Shown: in pieces, positions 1-12,461 of the stretch
Numbering within the stretch: position 1 is the stretch's first letter
Layout of the letters: each line of letters starts with the position of its first letter
Assembly: GCF_006345805.1 (NCBI RefSeq)
Contig: NC_043020.1
Location: 15,438,001-15,502,000, forward strand
Length of the DNA: 64,000 nt
Source of the DNA: Octopus sinensis
Lineage: Eukaryota
Reading direction: 5' to 3'
Position numbers and translations under genes: made by a program
The notes under the pieces: model-generated
Told to the model about the DNA's origin: nothing
What the model saw: only the letters and a program-made list of their open reading frames with translations
The model's database searches: none

Positions 1-75
1 CGTTAGTTGGAGAGATATGTTCAGTTCCTCCAGTGCCTTCGAATTTAATATTTTTAATATTTAATATTGTGAAGT

Positions 76-158
76 CCCATGCTGATGAAGAAAATGTTCG
101 GGTAAAGTATAAATTGCACATTCTTTATACCGATCTAATTTCGAAACGCGTACATGGG
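76..158 (+). ncRNA. Minimal type I hammerhead ribozyme (PLE-type), canonical core
   Basis: Stem I cccatg(76-81)/catggg(153-158); core CTGATGA 82-88; long stem II (gaaa/tttc, tcgg/ccga, gtaaag/ctttat); GAAA 143-146; palindromic ACGCGT in place of stem III; cleavage triplet GUA. Confidence 0.75.
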
Positions 159-520
159 TAATCTAATATCGATTGGTTTTCGTTATTTTTCCTCTCTGCC
201 TTCGTGGATTGTTTTCGAGTAATTTGTTTTTTCCGGGAGTCTCTTTTTAAAGTAGAGGAAATAGCTAAGGTTCTTTGACTGCTATTTCTAAACTTCGGTA
301 TGTGGTAAAGCAAATCTTTGCTGAACCCTACTATAAAGTATATATATATATATATTATATATATATATATATGGTTAACAGGTGAGATCCAGAGATGCTC
401 AATATAGTAAACACTTAGTAGTGCTCAAATGATTTCAGCTTGCACTCCGATATCTTTACTGAGGACTAAGTCTACAGAGTAAAGAGTGGTTATAAGAAGA
501 ATGCAGGTATGCAGATACGG

Positions 521-638
521 AGATAATGGTGCAGATAAACAAATTAAACCGCTTGGGTTAAATATACAAAATATGCAAAAATGTATATTTTGTTTATTTA
601 GCCCAATCGGTTTTATTTGTTTATTTGCATCGTTATCT
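521..638. repeat. Imperfect inverted repeat (about 55-bp arms)
   Basis: agataatggtgcagataaacaaattaaaccgcttgggttaaatatacaaaatatgc is mirrored by gtatattttgtttatttagcccaatcggttttatttgtttatttgcatcgttatct around a short A-rich loop. Confidence 0.75.
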
Positions 639-663
639 ATCTATCTCTCTCCCTCTCTCCCCC

Positions 664-711
<48 letters not shown>

Positions 712-746
712 CCTACCCCTCTCTCTCTCTCTCTCTATCTACCTAC

Positions 747-814
<68 letters not shown>

Positions 815-815
815 A

Positions 816-906
<91 letters not shown>
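632..906. repeat. Compound (CTAT)n/(CT)n/(CTGT)n microsatellite
   Basis: Read directly from the sequence. Confidence 0.95.
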
Positions 907-908
<2 letters not shown>

Positions 909-1612
909 TAATATGTAGGAGAAAGAGAAGTAGATTGAACTAAAGAAAGGGAGAAAGAAATATTGAATCAAAGGAAGGGAAAACGTGAGAGAGATTGACT
1001 AATTGACTGAAATATGAACGGCCATTATAGAAATACAGAAGTGACGTGTGCACATAACACTCACATACACACCTACACATTCCTTAATATATTCTAAACG
1101 AGGAAATCAATGGAATTCTTTTTTGAATAAAATATCTTAATATATTTGCGGTTTTAGGTGTGGTGCTTCACTCCCTTTATTTACACACTCACACACACAC
1201 ACACACAAACATCGTACACATCATGAAACGTATCCATACACACAAACCACTTCCACATCTTGTATACGTTTCTTGTTGATCTGTAACCATGATCAGTTCG
1301 GATTCTTGATGTTATGCGTTCAAATCCCGTCCAGGTCAGCTTTGCCTTTCCTCCTTCCGAGGGTCGATAAATGAAGTACCACTGCTTGGTCGATCTTTTT
1401 TCCTTTCTTTATTTCTGTCTTTCTGTCTAGCTTGCAGCAGCATGGAGTACCCCATTCAAGGCTGTAATGTCTAGTTCGTTTTTATTTACGATGGATTTGA
1501 GGGCCGTCTTCGCCTGACAGATCATTTTGTCACTTTTCTTTACTATTGTGGATGTTAGGGAGGTCACTACATTCCTTCATGTCCAACTTGTTGTTGTTGT
1601 TGTAGTTATTAA

Positions 1613-1824
1613 GGCGGCGAGCTGGCAGAATCGTTAGCACGCTCGGTTAAAATTCTTAGTGGCATTTCGTCCGTCCTTACGTTCTGAGTTCAAATGCTGC
1701 CGGGGTCGACTTTGCCTATCATCCTTTCGGGGTCAATAAAATAAGTACCAGTTGAAGACTGGGGTCGATGTAATCGACTTTCCCCATCCCCCAAATTTCA
1801 TGTTTTGTGCCTATAGTAGAAAGG
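1613..1824 (+). mobile_element. tRNA-derived SINE, family A, followed by (ATT)n
   Basis: Head ggcggcgagctggcagaatcgttagcac, box-B-like gagttcaaat, body gtcgactttgcc...aagtaccagttg; more than 15 copies in the window. Confidence 0.85.
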
Positions 1825-1890
<66 letters not shown>

Positions 1891-1931
1891 TATAATAAAA
1901 GAATTAATTATTATTATTGTCATCATTATTA

Positions 1932-1986
<55 letters not shown>

Positions 1987-2170
1987 GATTATATAGGACT
2001 GAGGTTATACAGAAATAAAAAATAGTAATTTTTTGAACCTGTGGAAGGCACGCTATATGCTGAAATATCGTTCAACCAATTTCACATGATAACTATGCTA
2101 CTCTTCTATTTTTTATTTCTATATTTATTATTATTATTATTGTTATCATTATTGTAGTTGTTGTTATTAA

Positions 2171-2358
2171 GGTGGTGATCTGGCAGAATCATTAGCATGT
2201 CGGACAAAATGCTTAGCGTCTTTTCTTCCGGTTTTGTTTTGAGTTCAGATTCCACCGAAGTTGACTTTGCCTTTCATCCTTTCGGGGACGATAAAATAAA
2301 TTACACCGACAACCCTCGCCCCCTAAAATTGCAGGCCCTGTGCCAAAATTCGAAACCA
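2171..2358 (+). mobile_element. SINE family A (its tail overlaps the false start of the large ORF)
   Basis: Same head and body as 1613-1824; ends in ggccctgtgccaaaattcgaaacc. Confidence 0.8.
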
Positions 2359-2394
2359 TTATAATACTACAGCATTTTTTTCCTTGTCTTACAG

Positions 2395-5300
2395 AGTCCC
2401 GAGCAGATTTTACTGGAAACTATACTTCACCAACCAATCAGTTTTATCAAGGCGAAGAGTTGCCATTTTCAAAATTTCCGGATTCTTTTAGTTCGACTGA
2501 ACCAGGTTTAGATGAAAAGAAGCATTTAAGTTTCGTCTCGAATATCTTTCATACAGCTACTTCTCTTAGTCAAACGACTGTTAAACCTAACGATGTACAT
2601 CGGTTTGTAACGACGCCAAGTTCGTTGTCGCTTGCAACTATTGCACATCCTCTGCTGGAAATTACTTCGGCAAATGTTGTAGACGAAGCACGGCAAGCAT
2701 TGAAAATAGCGGCTCCAGTTAAGAACGATTCGAGAATCTTTACATCCACTGATCACGAAGCGACAATTGTGAAAAATGTTACTTCAGACAAATCACATTT
2801 GGAAGTAAATACTCCAGTTATTATGCAGGGAGCAGAACATTTTGTAGCTACAATGAACCCCACAGTTCGCAGTGAATCGTTGCATGAAGAAAAGAAGCAA
2901 AATAACCAAACGAATGATGATTCACAGCAAGAATTTTCATTGAAAACTTATTTAGAAGACAATGATAATTCGTTTGGTGTCTCTCCAGAAACAGTGAAAT
3001 TGAATCTAAAAGAGAGTGATTCGTTAGTGGGCTATGCTGAATACCAGACGACAGCGATCAACCCGCAGATAACTTCAGTGCCGCAGACGATAGCATCAAA
3101 AACAACAATGATTTCACGGGTGATTCCGACAACTTCCAAAAGGGTTCCAACAAAAGAAGCAGCCATTCTCAATAACGCAAATCTTGTCGCTGAAACGGAA
3201 ACATCAGCCATACCACCATCATTATCAACAACTTTCTCAGGGATTCATCCAACAACAAATACAAAATTGCCAACGAATAAACCAAATGATGTTTCCTTAG
3301 ATTTTAGCACTAAACCTAATTCATCTATAGTTCCTACGACTACGGTAGTTCAGTCGACAGTTGCTCAGGCCACAGCTAATGCCGCTGCAGCTACCCAGGC
3401 TGCGACAACTCAGTCAACGACCACGCAATCTTCGGCTGCCCAGTCCGTGACCACCAAATCCACAGACTCTCAAACTCTAGTGCCAAAGTCTACAACTACA
3501 CAATCTACGATTACTCAGAGTACTGACTCTAAGTCAACAGTCACTCGTTCTTCTGCTGAGCCTTCTACAGAGACTCAGTCTACAATGAGTTCATCTGTAA
3601 CTACTCAATCTACACACACTCAGTCTACAGCCACTCAGTCAGTCTCCGAATCATTTACAACTATTTCGTCTGCAGATAAGCAATACACAACCAATCAGCA
3701 TATAACATCTGATATTATAGTCCCTCACTCTGAGAGCAAAGCGGCTTCTGTCATTCCAGTTACAACTAATCAGCATACAGCTTCCCAGTCACCAACTGAA
3801 CTGACAACCCCTTCTCAGTTTACAACTGAGACAACTACAGTTAAACCGACAACAACACGGACGGACACGTTTGAACTACCTACAGCTAGCTCAACTACAG
3901 CTACGTTGACCACAAACAAACTGCCTGGAGCTGAAACAGTTATAGCTGACACAACCACAACTGAAGCGACTACACTTGAGCCGACTACATCGGCGACAAC
4001 TACAGCCAGGCTGACTACAGCGGAGACCACAACAGTTGAGCCGGCTATGACTCAGAGAAGTACTACCGAAGCAACTACGGCGAGAACAACTCCAGTTGAG
4101 ACGTCTACACTTGAGGCCACAACAACTGAGCCGACTACAGTTCAGTCAACTACAACTGGGACAACTACAGTTGAGTCGACAACGGATGTGCCAACTACAG
4201 CTCAAACAAGCACAGTTGAGGCAACCACTGCTGGAACAACAGTTGAGCCCACAACAACTAGGATAACAACAAATAAGCCGACTACAGTTGAGTCGACTAT
4301 AAATGAGCTAACTACAGTTGAGCCGACTACAGCTAGGACAACTACAGTTGAGCCGACTACAGTTGAGCTAACTACAGGTAAGCCGACTACAGCTAGGATA
4401 ACTACAGTTGAGCCGACTACAGCTAGGACAACTACAGTTGAGCCGACTACAGTTGAGCTAACTACAGGTGAGCCGACTACAACTAGGACAACTACAGTTG
4501 AGCCTACTACAGTTGAGCTAACTACAGTTGAGCCGACTATAATTGAGCTAACTACAGGTGAGCCGACTACAGCTAGGACAACTACGGTTGAGCTGACTAC
4601 AGTTGAGCCGACTACAGTTGAGCTAACTACAGTTGAGTCGACTACAGTTCAGTCAACTAGAGTTAAACCGACTACATCTCGGATAGACACAGTCGAAAAA
4701 ACTACAACTGAGACAACTGAACCGCGTACAGTTGAGACGACTACACCTGAGACAACAACAATTGACCTGATAAAAGTTGAATCAACTACAGTTGAGCCGA
4801 CCACAGTCGAACCGGCTACCGTTGAGCCGACTACAGCTCGGAGAATCACAGCTGAAGCAACTACAACTCCGACATCTACAGTGGAGAAAACTACAGTTGA
4901 GCCGACTACAGTTGAGGCAACTATAACTGGGACAACAGTTGAGCTGACTACAGTTGAGACAACAACAAATGAGCCGACTACAGTTGATCTGACTATAGTT
5001 GAGCTGACTACAGTTGAGCCGACTACAGTTGAGCCGACTACAGTTGAGCCGACTACAGTTGAACCGACTACAGTTGAGCTGACTACAGTTGAGTCAACAC
5101 ATGAGCCGACTACAATTGAACCAACTACAGTTGACTTGACTGCAGCTGGAACAGCTACTGTTGAGCTGACTACGGTTGGGGAAACTACAGCTGCTCAGTC
5201 TAGCACTGAGCAGCCTACAGACGTTCCGTCAGTGGGGCCAACTAGTGACCTTCAGTCAACTACTGAATCACATAATGTTACATTACCAGTTCACTCCATC

Positions 5301-7736
5301 CAGTCAACAGTCGAGCAGTTTACAAATACACAGTCTACAAGTGAAGAACCTACATCTACTTCAAGAGCACCTGAGTCCACTCTTTTCAATGGGGAATTGT
5401 CATCGTTGTCGTCATCATCAACACCATCATCAACATCTTCATCATCATCGTCGTCTCAGTATATAACTGAATCATTCACAAATGAAATTACTACACCAGT
5501 ACAGGCTACGTCTGAGTCGTCCACAGTCATTCCTAGTACAGATGAACCCTCTACTCCCGCAGCACACACATTCGGGTTATTTTCAACCGACTTAGAAACT
5601 ACATCCTTTTCAACTTCCCAGGCTACAACGACTCAGTTCTTAGAGGAAACGCCTATTACACAAGCAACTGACTTCACATTTGAGTCTTCAAAAACATTTC
5701 AAGATACAACTGAGACTGCAACAGAAACAAAAGGTACAACTGAGTTCTCGAAAGTAACCGAAGGCTCACCAGAATCCTCAACTCTCCCCCAAAACACATT
5801 TGATTTCTCGACAGTCAACCAGAGCACCGTTGATGCCTCAGCAGCTACACAGAGCATTACTGAAACCTCAACACTCAACCTAGACATAACAAATTTTTCA
5901 ACAGCCACTCGGGACACTGGTGAGTCATTTATAACAACTCAGAGTGCCACTGTAGCATCAACAGGCGAATCAGTCGGTCTAACGGTAAATGAATCATCAA
6001 CGTTATCTCAAGCTACATCGGACACATTACTTTCAAGTTTTTCTTCAACTGTTCAGGTACCTTTGAGCTCACAAACTGCTGTAGCCAGCTCAGCTACATC
6101 CGAGTCTGCATCCGCCTCGATCACACCGGAATTTCCTACTAACTCAACCACATACGAGCCTTCATACATTTCGACCACATCTGAGCCATCTACAATCACC
6201 CCGATCAGCCACCAATCTCCACCCGTTACAATTACATCCGGGTCATCGTCCACAAACGAAGCAACAACAGAAACTTCAGTCTTCCCTGTAATATTTGAGT
6301 CTTCAACCACCCCGGGTACAAGTGAATCTTCAGCGACTTCGAACACAACCGTACCTTCAACAGATTCAGTAATAACTCAGACCGCAACCACTCTGCTCAC
6401 AAATGAACCTCCAACAACCCCACCCACAACCGAACCTCCAACAACCCCAGCCACAACCGAACCTCCAACAACCTCGCCCACAACCGAACCTCCAGCAACC
6501 TCGCCCATAATCGAACTTCCAACAATCCCATCCACAACCGAATCTACAACCCCAGCCACAACTGAGCCTTCAATAACCCCGCTCATGTCCGAAGCTACAA
6601 CAATCCTTCCCACAACCGAACCTACAACTCCGCCCACAACCGAACTCCCAACAACCTCACTCATAACCGAACCCCCAGCAATCCCGTCCACAACCGAACC
6701 TTCAGCAACCCCGTCCACAACTGAGCCTCCAACAACTCTTCCCACAACCGAACCTCCACCAACCCCATCTACAACCGAACCCTCAACTCCGCCCACAACC
6801 GAACCTCTAACAACCTTTCCTGCAACCCAACCTCCAACGACCCCTCCCACAACCGAACCTCCAACAACTCCGCCCACAACTGAACCTCCAACAACCCTTC
6901 CTGCAACCGAACCTCTAACGACCCTGCCCACAACCGAACCTCCGACGACCCCGCTCACAACCGAACCTCCAATAACCTTTCCTGCAACCGAACCTCAGAC
7001 GACCCCGCCCACAACCGAACCTCCAACAACTCCGCTAACAACCGAACATTCAACAACTCTCCCTGCAACCGAACCGTCGACCACCTCGCCCACAACCGAA
7101 CCGCCGATAACCTTTCCTGCAACCGAACTTCCAACAACCCCACCCACAACCGAATCTCCAACAACCTCGCCTACGGTTGAATCTACAAACACTCCCTCTA
7201 CAACCGAACCTACAACATCGCGGTCCCAGCTTCCTACATCATCTACGACAAATAATGAAACGGTGACCGAGACAAGTACTGAAGGTTTGACAACGGCCAC
7301 AAGCAGCACTACGCATACTTTGACAACCAAGTCAAAGCCCCACAACATAAATGATACAGAAACAGGAAGCACACCGATTACTCCCTCATCCACACTGGGT
7401 TCCACTGAACGTAGTACAATAGACACTAGTGAAGCAAGTACTTCTGCAGCGACAACAACAACAACAACAGCAACTACAACAGCCACTACTACTGAAAAGG
7501 TTGCTACTGCTACTACTTCTACTACTACTCCTACTACTACAAAAAATGATGCTACTACAAGTAGTAGTTTCTCTACAGAAATTCCATGGAAAAGCACTCC
7601 TGAAGCAGAAATACAAGGAGGACCACTGACGATTAATGGAAGATTTACTATAATAAAAGGTGCCGTTTGGTCGAAAGAACTTGCAGACACGAATTCTACA
7701 GAATATTTCGAGTTGCAGAAACAACTAGATACATTG
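2395..7736 (+). CDS. Transmembrane SEA-domain mucin (MUC1-like), giant PTS/VNTR exon plus N-terminal part of the SEA domain
   Basis: Acceptor ttttttccttgtcttacag ends at 2394 (phase 1). Open frame of about 1780 codons, very Thr/Ser/Pro rich, ending in a SEA start (GRFTIIKGAVWSKELADTNSTEYFELQKQLDTL). Donor GTTGGT at 7737 (phase 0) is in frame with the next exon. Confidence 0.9.
3830..5190 (+). repeat. Coding VNTR 1: 15-bp unit (actacagttgagccg), TTVEP/TTVEL
   Basis: Dozens of pentapeptide copies in the translation; boundaries approximate. Confidence 0.85.
6405..7215 (+). repeat. Coding VNTR 2: 27-bp unit (acaaccgaacctccaacaaccccgccc-like), TTEPPTTPP
   Basis: About 30 nonapeptide copies in the translation; boundaries approximate. 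Confidence 0.85.
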
Positions 7737-8070
7737 GTTGGTAATCTTTATTTATCCGCCTAGCTTTCTCTGTCTCTCTACCAATCTGCCATTGCTGTTT
7801 CTTTCTCTTGGTCTGTCTCTCCGTCAGCCTAACTGTCTCTTTGTTTGTCTGTCTTGTCTCTGTCCGCCTACCAGATAACAGATCAATTTCTCTTGCCATC
7901 AATTTCGTCTCTATCAGTTTCTGTCTACCAGTCTCTTATTTTTTTTTTTTCTCCATTTCTTTTCCAATTTTCTGCCTGCCATTCAGTCTATTTCTCTCTC
8001 TATATATTTATCTATCTGCCTCCATGTTTGTCACATTGCTTGTTTGTCTCATTAATATCATGTCCCTCAA

Positions 8071-8500
8071 GACGGTGAGCGCGCAGAATCGTTAGTACGC
8101 CGGGCAAAATGTTTAGCGGCATTTCGTCCGTCTTTATACTATGATCAACACTATCTTTTATCCTTTCGGGGTCGAAAAAATAAGTACCAGTTGAGTACTG
8201 GGGTCGATGTAATCGGCTTAATCCCTGTCCCGAAATTTCTGGCCTTGTACCAAAATTTGAAACCAATATTACACCCATCAAAGGCGGCGAACTGGCAGAA
8301 TCGTTAGCACGCCGGGCAAAATGCTTAGCGGCATTTCGTCTGCATTTACGTTCCGAGTTCAATTACTGCCGAGATCATCTTTGCCTTTCATCCTTTCAGG
8401 GTCGATGAAATAAGTACCTGTTGAGCACTAGGCTCGATGTCATTGACTTATTCGCTGCCCCAAAATGTCTGGCCTTATGCCAAAATTTGAAGCCAATATT
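8071..8500 (+). mobile_element. Two tandem SINE family A copies
   Basis: Heads at 8071 and 8283, each with the family body and tail. Confidence 0.85.
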
Positions 8501-9217
8501 ATGCCATCACATTGAATGAATTATTAAAATAATCTTAGTCCACCGAGATCACCCATTTCCATGTTATTACAGATTCTCAACATTTTGTACTTTAAACTTT
8601 TGCCGCTGTCATTGCTGGCACCATTATTACTGTTATTAAGTTGCAGCGGTGAGGCACCGGGCTGGCAGAGTCGTTAGCACCCTGAACACAATGTTTGATT
8701 CCGGCTTTACGCTCTGAGTTCAAATGTCGACGAGGTCGACTTTGCCTTTCATCGTTTCAGAGTCGATAAAATAAGTACCGATTGAGTGCGGTGATGGATG
8801 TATTTGATTAGCTCGTCCCTTAAAAAATTTAGGCCTTTTGTCTATCGTTGAAAGAATTAAATAGCAACGGTCTCAGTTTTGCTTGTGTAAACAGAAAGTA
8901 GTTAATGAACAAATAACCCTCGGGTCTAGTCAACCTGCTTTCATTGTGGAGTATATTAACTTAAATATAAAGAACCAAAACTTACTTATTTTTCAAAATG
9001 GCACGTTAAGCAGTTCGGAAAGTGACATAGTTTTCTGCCCCTTCGTTCGTTCATGTTAACTCATTTTAAAGACGATCTTGAAAGAGAGTTGGCTGCCATA
9101 TTGAACCAGTCAAGTGCGGTCTGATGACACCGAAATACACCCGAAGTTGTCACCATAAACCTATTGATTATTAGCAAAGATCAGTCTCACACTCCAATTT
9201 AGTTTTATTCAATTTAG

Positions 9218-9589
9218 CCCTTCATCACTTAGATTATTCTGTCAAATGTAATGCTTGTTTATTCAACTGTAACACTTATTTATTCACATTTTTTGGAATT
9301 ACTCATGTATTATCTCGTAGCTTCGAGATTTCGATAATGAGGCTATTAATTTGTTTTGAAAGACACTGCAGGGTGAACGTGAGAGGCCGGATTTTGCTGG
9401 CTGCTAACGATTCGGCCAGCTCGCGGCCTTTGATGGGCATAATATTGGTTTCAAATTTTGGTACAAGGCCACTAATATCGGAGCAGGGGTTAAGTCGACT
9501 ACCTCGACCCCAGTGTTCAACTAGTACTTATTAAACAGAAAACAGGTAGAACACATGGGCTATATACAACCGGTTTAAACGCTAAAGGG
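9218..9589. mobile_element. piggyBac-like MITE with a nested SINE A (- strand)
   Basis: Ends in ctaaagggTTAA; degenerate ccctt left end; related copies at about 32045-32246 and 34022-34376. Confidence 0.5.
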
Positions 9590-9639
9590 TTAAATATAAG
9601 GCTTCTTTCCCTTACCCTTTTATCGAGATTAGTCATTAA

Positions 9640-9802
9640 CCCTTTTGATACCTACCCGTCTCAAACTGCCGCTGGTCCTATGATACAAACTTCCTGTTAC
9701 AAAATGATTTAAATTTAAAGCCTTTCTTCAAAATTTCAATTTAATTTAATGTCCGAAACACCAGCTTAATAATGACGAAAATATTTCGCTAACTTCTTTT
9801 TT

Positions 9803-9838
<36 letters not shown>

Positions 9839-10032
9839 TTACTTGTTTCAGTCATTTTGACTTCGGCCATGCTGGAGCAGCGCCTTTAGTCGAGCAAATC
9901 GACCCCAGAGCTTATTCTGTGTAAGCCTAGTACTTACCCTATCGGTCTCTTTTGCCGAATCGCTAAGTTACGGGGACGTAAACACACCAGCATCGGTTGT
10001 CAAGCGATGTTGGGGGGACAAACACGGACACA

Positions 10033-10090
<58 letters not shown>

Positions 10091-10307
10091 CATATATATG
10101 ACGGGCTTCTTCCAGTTTCCGTCTACCAAATCCACTCGCAAGGCTTTGGTCGGTCTGAGGCTATAGTAGAAGATACTTGCCTAAGGTGCCACGTAGTGGG
10201 ACTGAACCTTGAACCATGTGGTTGGTAAGCAAGCTACTTACCGCACATTTTGAAAATTAACTGAAACAAAGTTAATGTATTTCAGAAGAAATATGGTAAC
10301 AAAAGGT
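9640..10307. mobile_element. piggyBac-like MITE carrying a nested SINE B
   Basis: TTAA-cccttttgatacc ... ggtaacaaaaggt-TTAA: TTAA target duplication and short near-perfect TIRs. Confidence 0.65.
9836..10246 (-). mobile_element. tRNA-derived SINE, family B (internal CA/TA microsatellite)
   Basis: Minus-strand head tgtggtaagtagcttgcttaccaaccacatggttc..ggttcagtcccact; two-part body split by a microsatellite; about 10 copies in the window. Confidence 0.85.
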
Positions 10308-10372
10308 TTAAGGCTCGTAACTTTTCTTCTTATGATATATGTAATTTCATTTCATTTCATTAAAACTTTTTG

Positions 10373-10784
10373 GATCTTTTCGGTTTGAACGGCAGTTTTT
10401 AAAAATAATTTCCACGTAACTAAACACTTTTAAACTTCGTATACTGGTAGTATGTGTTTATAAAACATCTTTTTCTCTTGGCTTTATTGAGAAAATTCTA
10501 TAGTTTGTAAGATATTTGTTCTTTTTCTTCTTCAATTTCTGCAATTTCAACCAATCAATGACGTCTATTGAGTTGAAAACATTCTGTGCCGTATGAATAT
10601 GTCCCTCGTTTAAGAAACAGATTGGGTTTATTTACATTTCTGAAGAAAAAAAGATACCTTCCCCCACCCCTAACCTTAACCCTAAAACAGATTGAAATAC
10701 AATAGATCGATACTAGGGTTATAATTATGGGTGACAGTTTCATATGACACCGCTAGTAAAACTGCCGTTCAAACCGAAAAGATC
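10373..10784. mobile_element. MITE with perfect 27-bp TIRs and an internal CCCTAA-like motif
   Basis: gatcttttcggtttgaacggcagtttt (10373-10399) is the exact reverse complement of 10758-10784. Confidence 0.8.
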
Positions 10785-11255
10785 AAACTTTTTTTTATTT
10801 TCGCTCGCTGCTCTAAATATGCCAGCCTGTTCGCAGAGTAAAACGTCTGTATATAAACAACGCATGATAATGTTTTCTAAAAAGCAAGCGATGGGGAATA
10901 TTAGTAGCAGGGGGTCGAACTGCAAATGTATAAGAATCTAATCCACGAGGGGTTCGGGTGGTATGGCGGAATTCACTTGTGTTGAGAGAAACTAACGAGT
11001 CCATCAATTCCACAAATTCATGGTTATGCACGCAATCACACTAAACTACAACATTGATGTAAATGGTACTGTGCATTAATTAACCAGGTGGTTCGTTACG
11101 ATTTGAATACCCCTACAGCATGGTATTGAAAGGTCTCTAAGCTTTCTTGCGCTTTGCTTAATCTTTCCCAGGGGAAGAGACTTCCCGTGGATTTTAGAAA
11201 AAAATATAATTGTCAACAGGTGGGTTTTATAGTTCTATATTTAAGAGTTGAGGAA

Positions 11256-11429
11256 TTATGTACATTATTTACATTATTTACATTCGACGGATATTCGTCC
11301 TCATCTTGTTTGTTGTTAACACAACGTTTCGGCTGTGGTTAAGAGCGCGGGCTACTAACCCCAAGATTCCGAGTTCGATTCCAAGCAGTGACATGAACAA
11401 CAACAACAACAATAATAATGATAATGATA

Positions 11430-11477
<48 letters not shown>

Positions 11478-11527
11478 TAATAATAATAATAATAATGATA
11501 ATAATAATGATAATAATAATAATAATG

Positions 11528-11587
<60 letters not shown>

Positions 11588-11741
11588 TCGAAGAATACCT
11601 TAGGAATGAGAACCCAGGTTCGAAATTTCCCCAAGACACCTGAAGAAGGCTGGAGGGTATATCAGCCGCAACGTTGTGTTAACAACAAACTAGATGAGGA
11701 CAAATATCTATTAAATGTAAATAATGTAAATAATGTAAATA
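11256..11741 (+). mobile_element. Composite element: inverted PLE-like tail, tRNA-like head, (AAT)n, hammerhead-bearing tail
   Basis: About 11256-11332 is the reverse complement of about 11663-11741. The head has gtggttaag and gttcgattcc boxes. A second identical partial copy starts at 12513. Confidence 0.65.
11635..11680 (+). ncRNA. Minimal type I hammerhead, core mutated in this copy (GAAA to GCAA)
   Basis: gacac CTGAAGA a ggctg-gagggtatat-cagcc GCAA cg TT gtgtt; the inverted partial copies keep cagccGAAAcgtt. Confidence 0.6.
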
Positions 11742-11866
11742 AGGTGGGTTTATATCTGAATAGTCGCCAAAATTTTGCTCACGGGACGGGCGGTGGTGGA
11801 TTTCCTATTATTTTGTTTTAAAGTATAACCCTTTAAGTATTTCTTGTTTGTATGTTGAATTTCTAG

Positions 11867-11931
11867 CTTTCGGATCTTTGGAAGAAGAACCCCTTCGCAG
11901 TGTTTGTACGTATAGGAAGTATGACATTCAG
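11867..11931 (+). CDS. Mucin SEA exon (65 nt): LSDLWKKNPFAVFVRIGSMTF(R)
   Basis: Acceptor ttgaatttctag; donor GTAAAG at 11932; phase 0 to 2; joins LDTL upstream and R-QGSVVV downstream in frame. Confidence 0.85.
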
Positions 11932-12183
11932 GTAAAGAAACATACGTGTATTTTAAAGATAAAATGTGATTCTGCACGAGTTTGTTAATGTGTGTGTGTG
12001 TGGGTGTGTTATGAAACTTATAACTCATTGTATTATTGGACATCATAAACATCTCTTCTCCACAAATATTGTATATTGAGAAAATCAGTATTGTTGGCCT
12101 CACCTTTCATCCAATTGTATTCATAGATTTACGGAGATGTACTTGCATAGCAAGTGATTTGATCTGAGATCGTGTGCTGAAAC

Positions 12184-12461
12184 GAAAATAATTGCAGCGT
12201 GGAAGGTGTTTGTAAGCCATTTAAGAAACACACAAAAGCCGTTCGATTCACTTCAACATTTAAGTTTAATTTGTCAAAATATTTTCGTCGCTTTCAGACC
12301 GCGACCTGTTCACTGAAAAAATCCGTGGTCAGTGAACAGGTCGCAGTCTTAAAGCGACGAAAATATTTTGACAAATTAAACTTAAATGTTGAAGTGAATC
12401 GAACGGCTTTTGTGCGTTTCTTAAATGGCTTACAAACACCTTCCACGCTGCAATTGTTTTC
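12184..12461. repeat. Near-perfect palindrome (about 130-bp arms) of two divergent hammerhead-like units
   Basis: The arms are reverse complements with few mismatches around the loop aaaaatccgtgg. Confidence 0.9.
12328..12372 (+). ncRNA. Hammerhead variant with G3-C8 swapped core (mirror copy 12272-12316 on - strand)
   Basis: gtca GTGAACA g gtcgc-agtcttaaa-gcgac GAAA atat TT tgac: stems I and II, GAAA and the palindromic stem III are all present. Confidence 0.6.

Noticed and set aside
2340-2394. GTG start of the 1807-aa ORF
   Set aside because: It lies in a SINE tail and the pyrimidine tract of the acceptor; there is no signal peptide. The exon starts at 2395.
4290-4660. Regular short repeats as a CRISPR array
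   Set aside because: They are in-frame coding repeats with no unique spacers, in eukaryotic sequence.
3815-7724. Antisense Val/Gly/Ser-rich ORFs
   Set aside because: They are shadows of the repetitive mucin frame.
7737-7763. ORF end VGNLYLSA-stop, and the alternative donor at 7741
   Set aside because: Intronic read-through. Only the phase-0 donor at 7737 is in frame with the next SEA exon.
9121-9135. CTGATGA followed by GAAA
   Set aside because: No stem II between them and no stem I.
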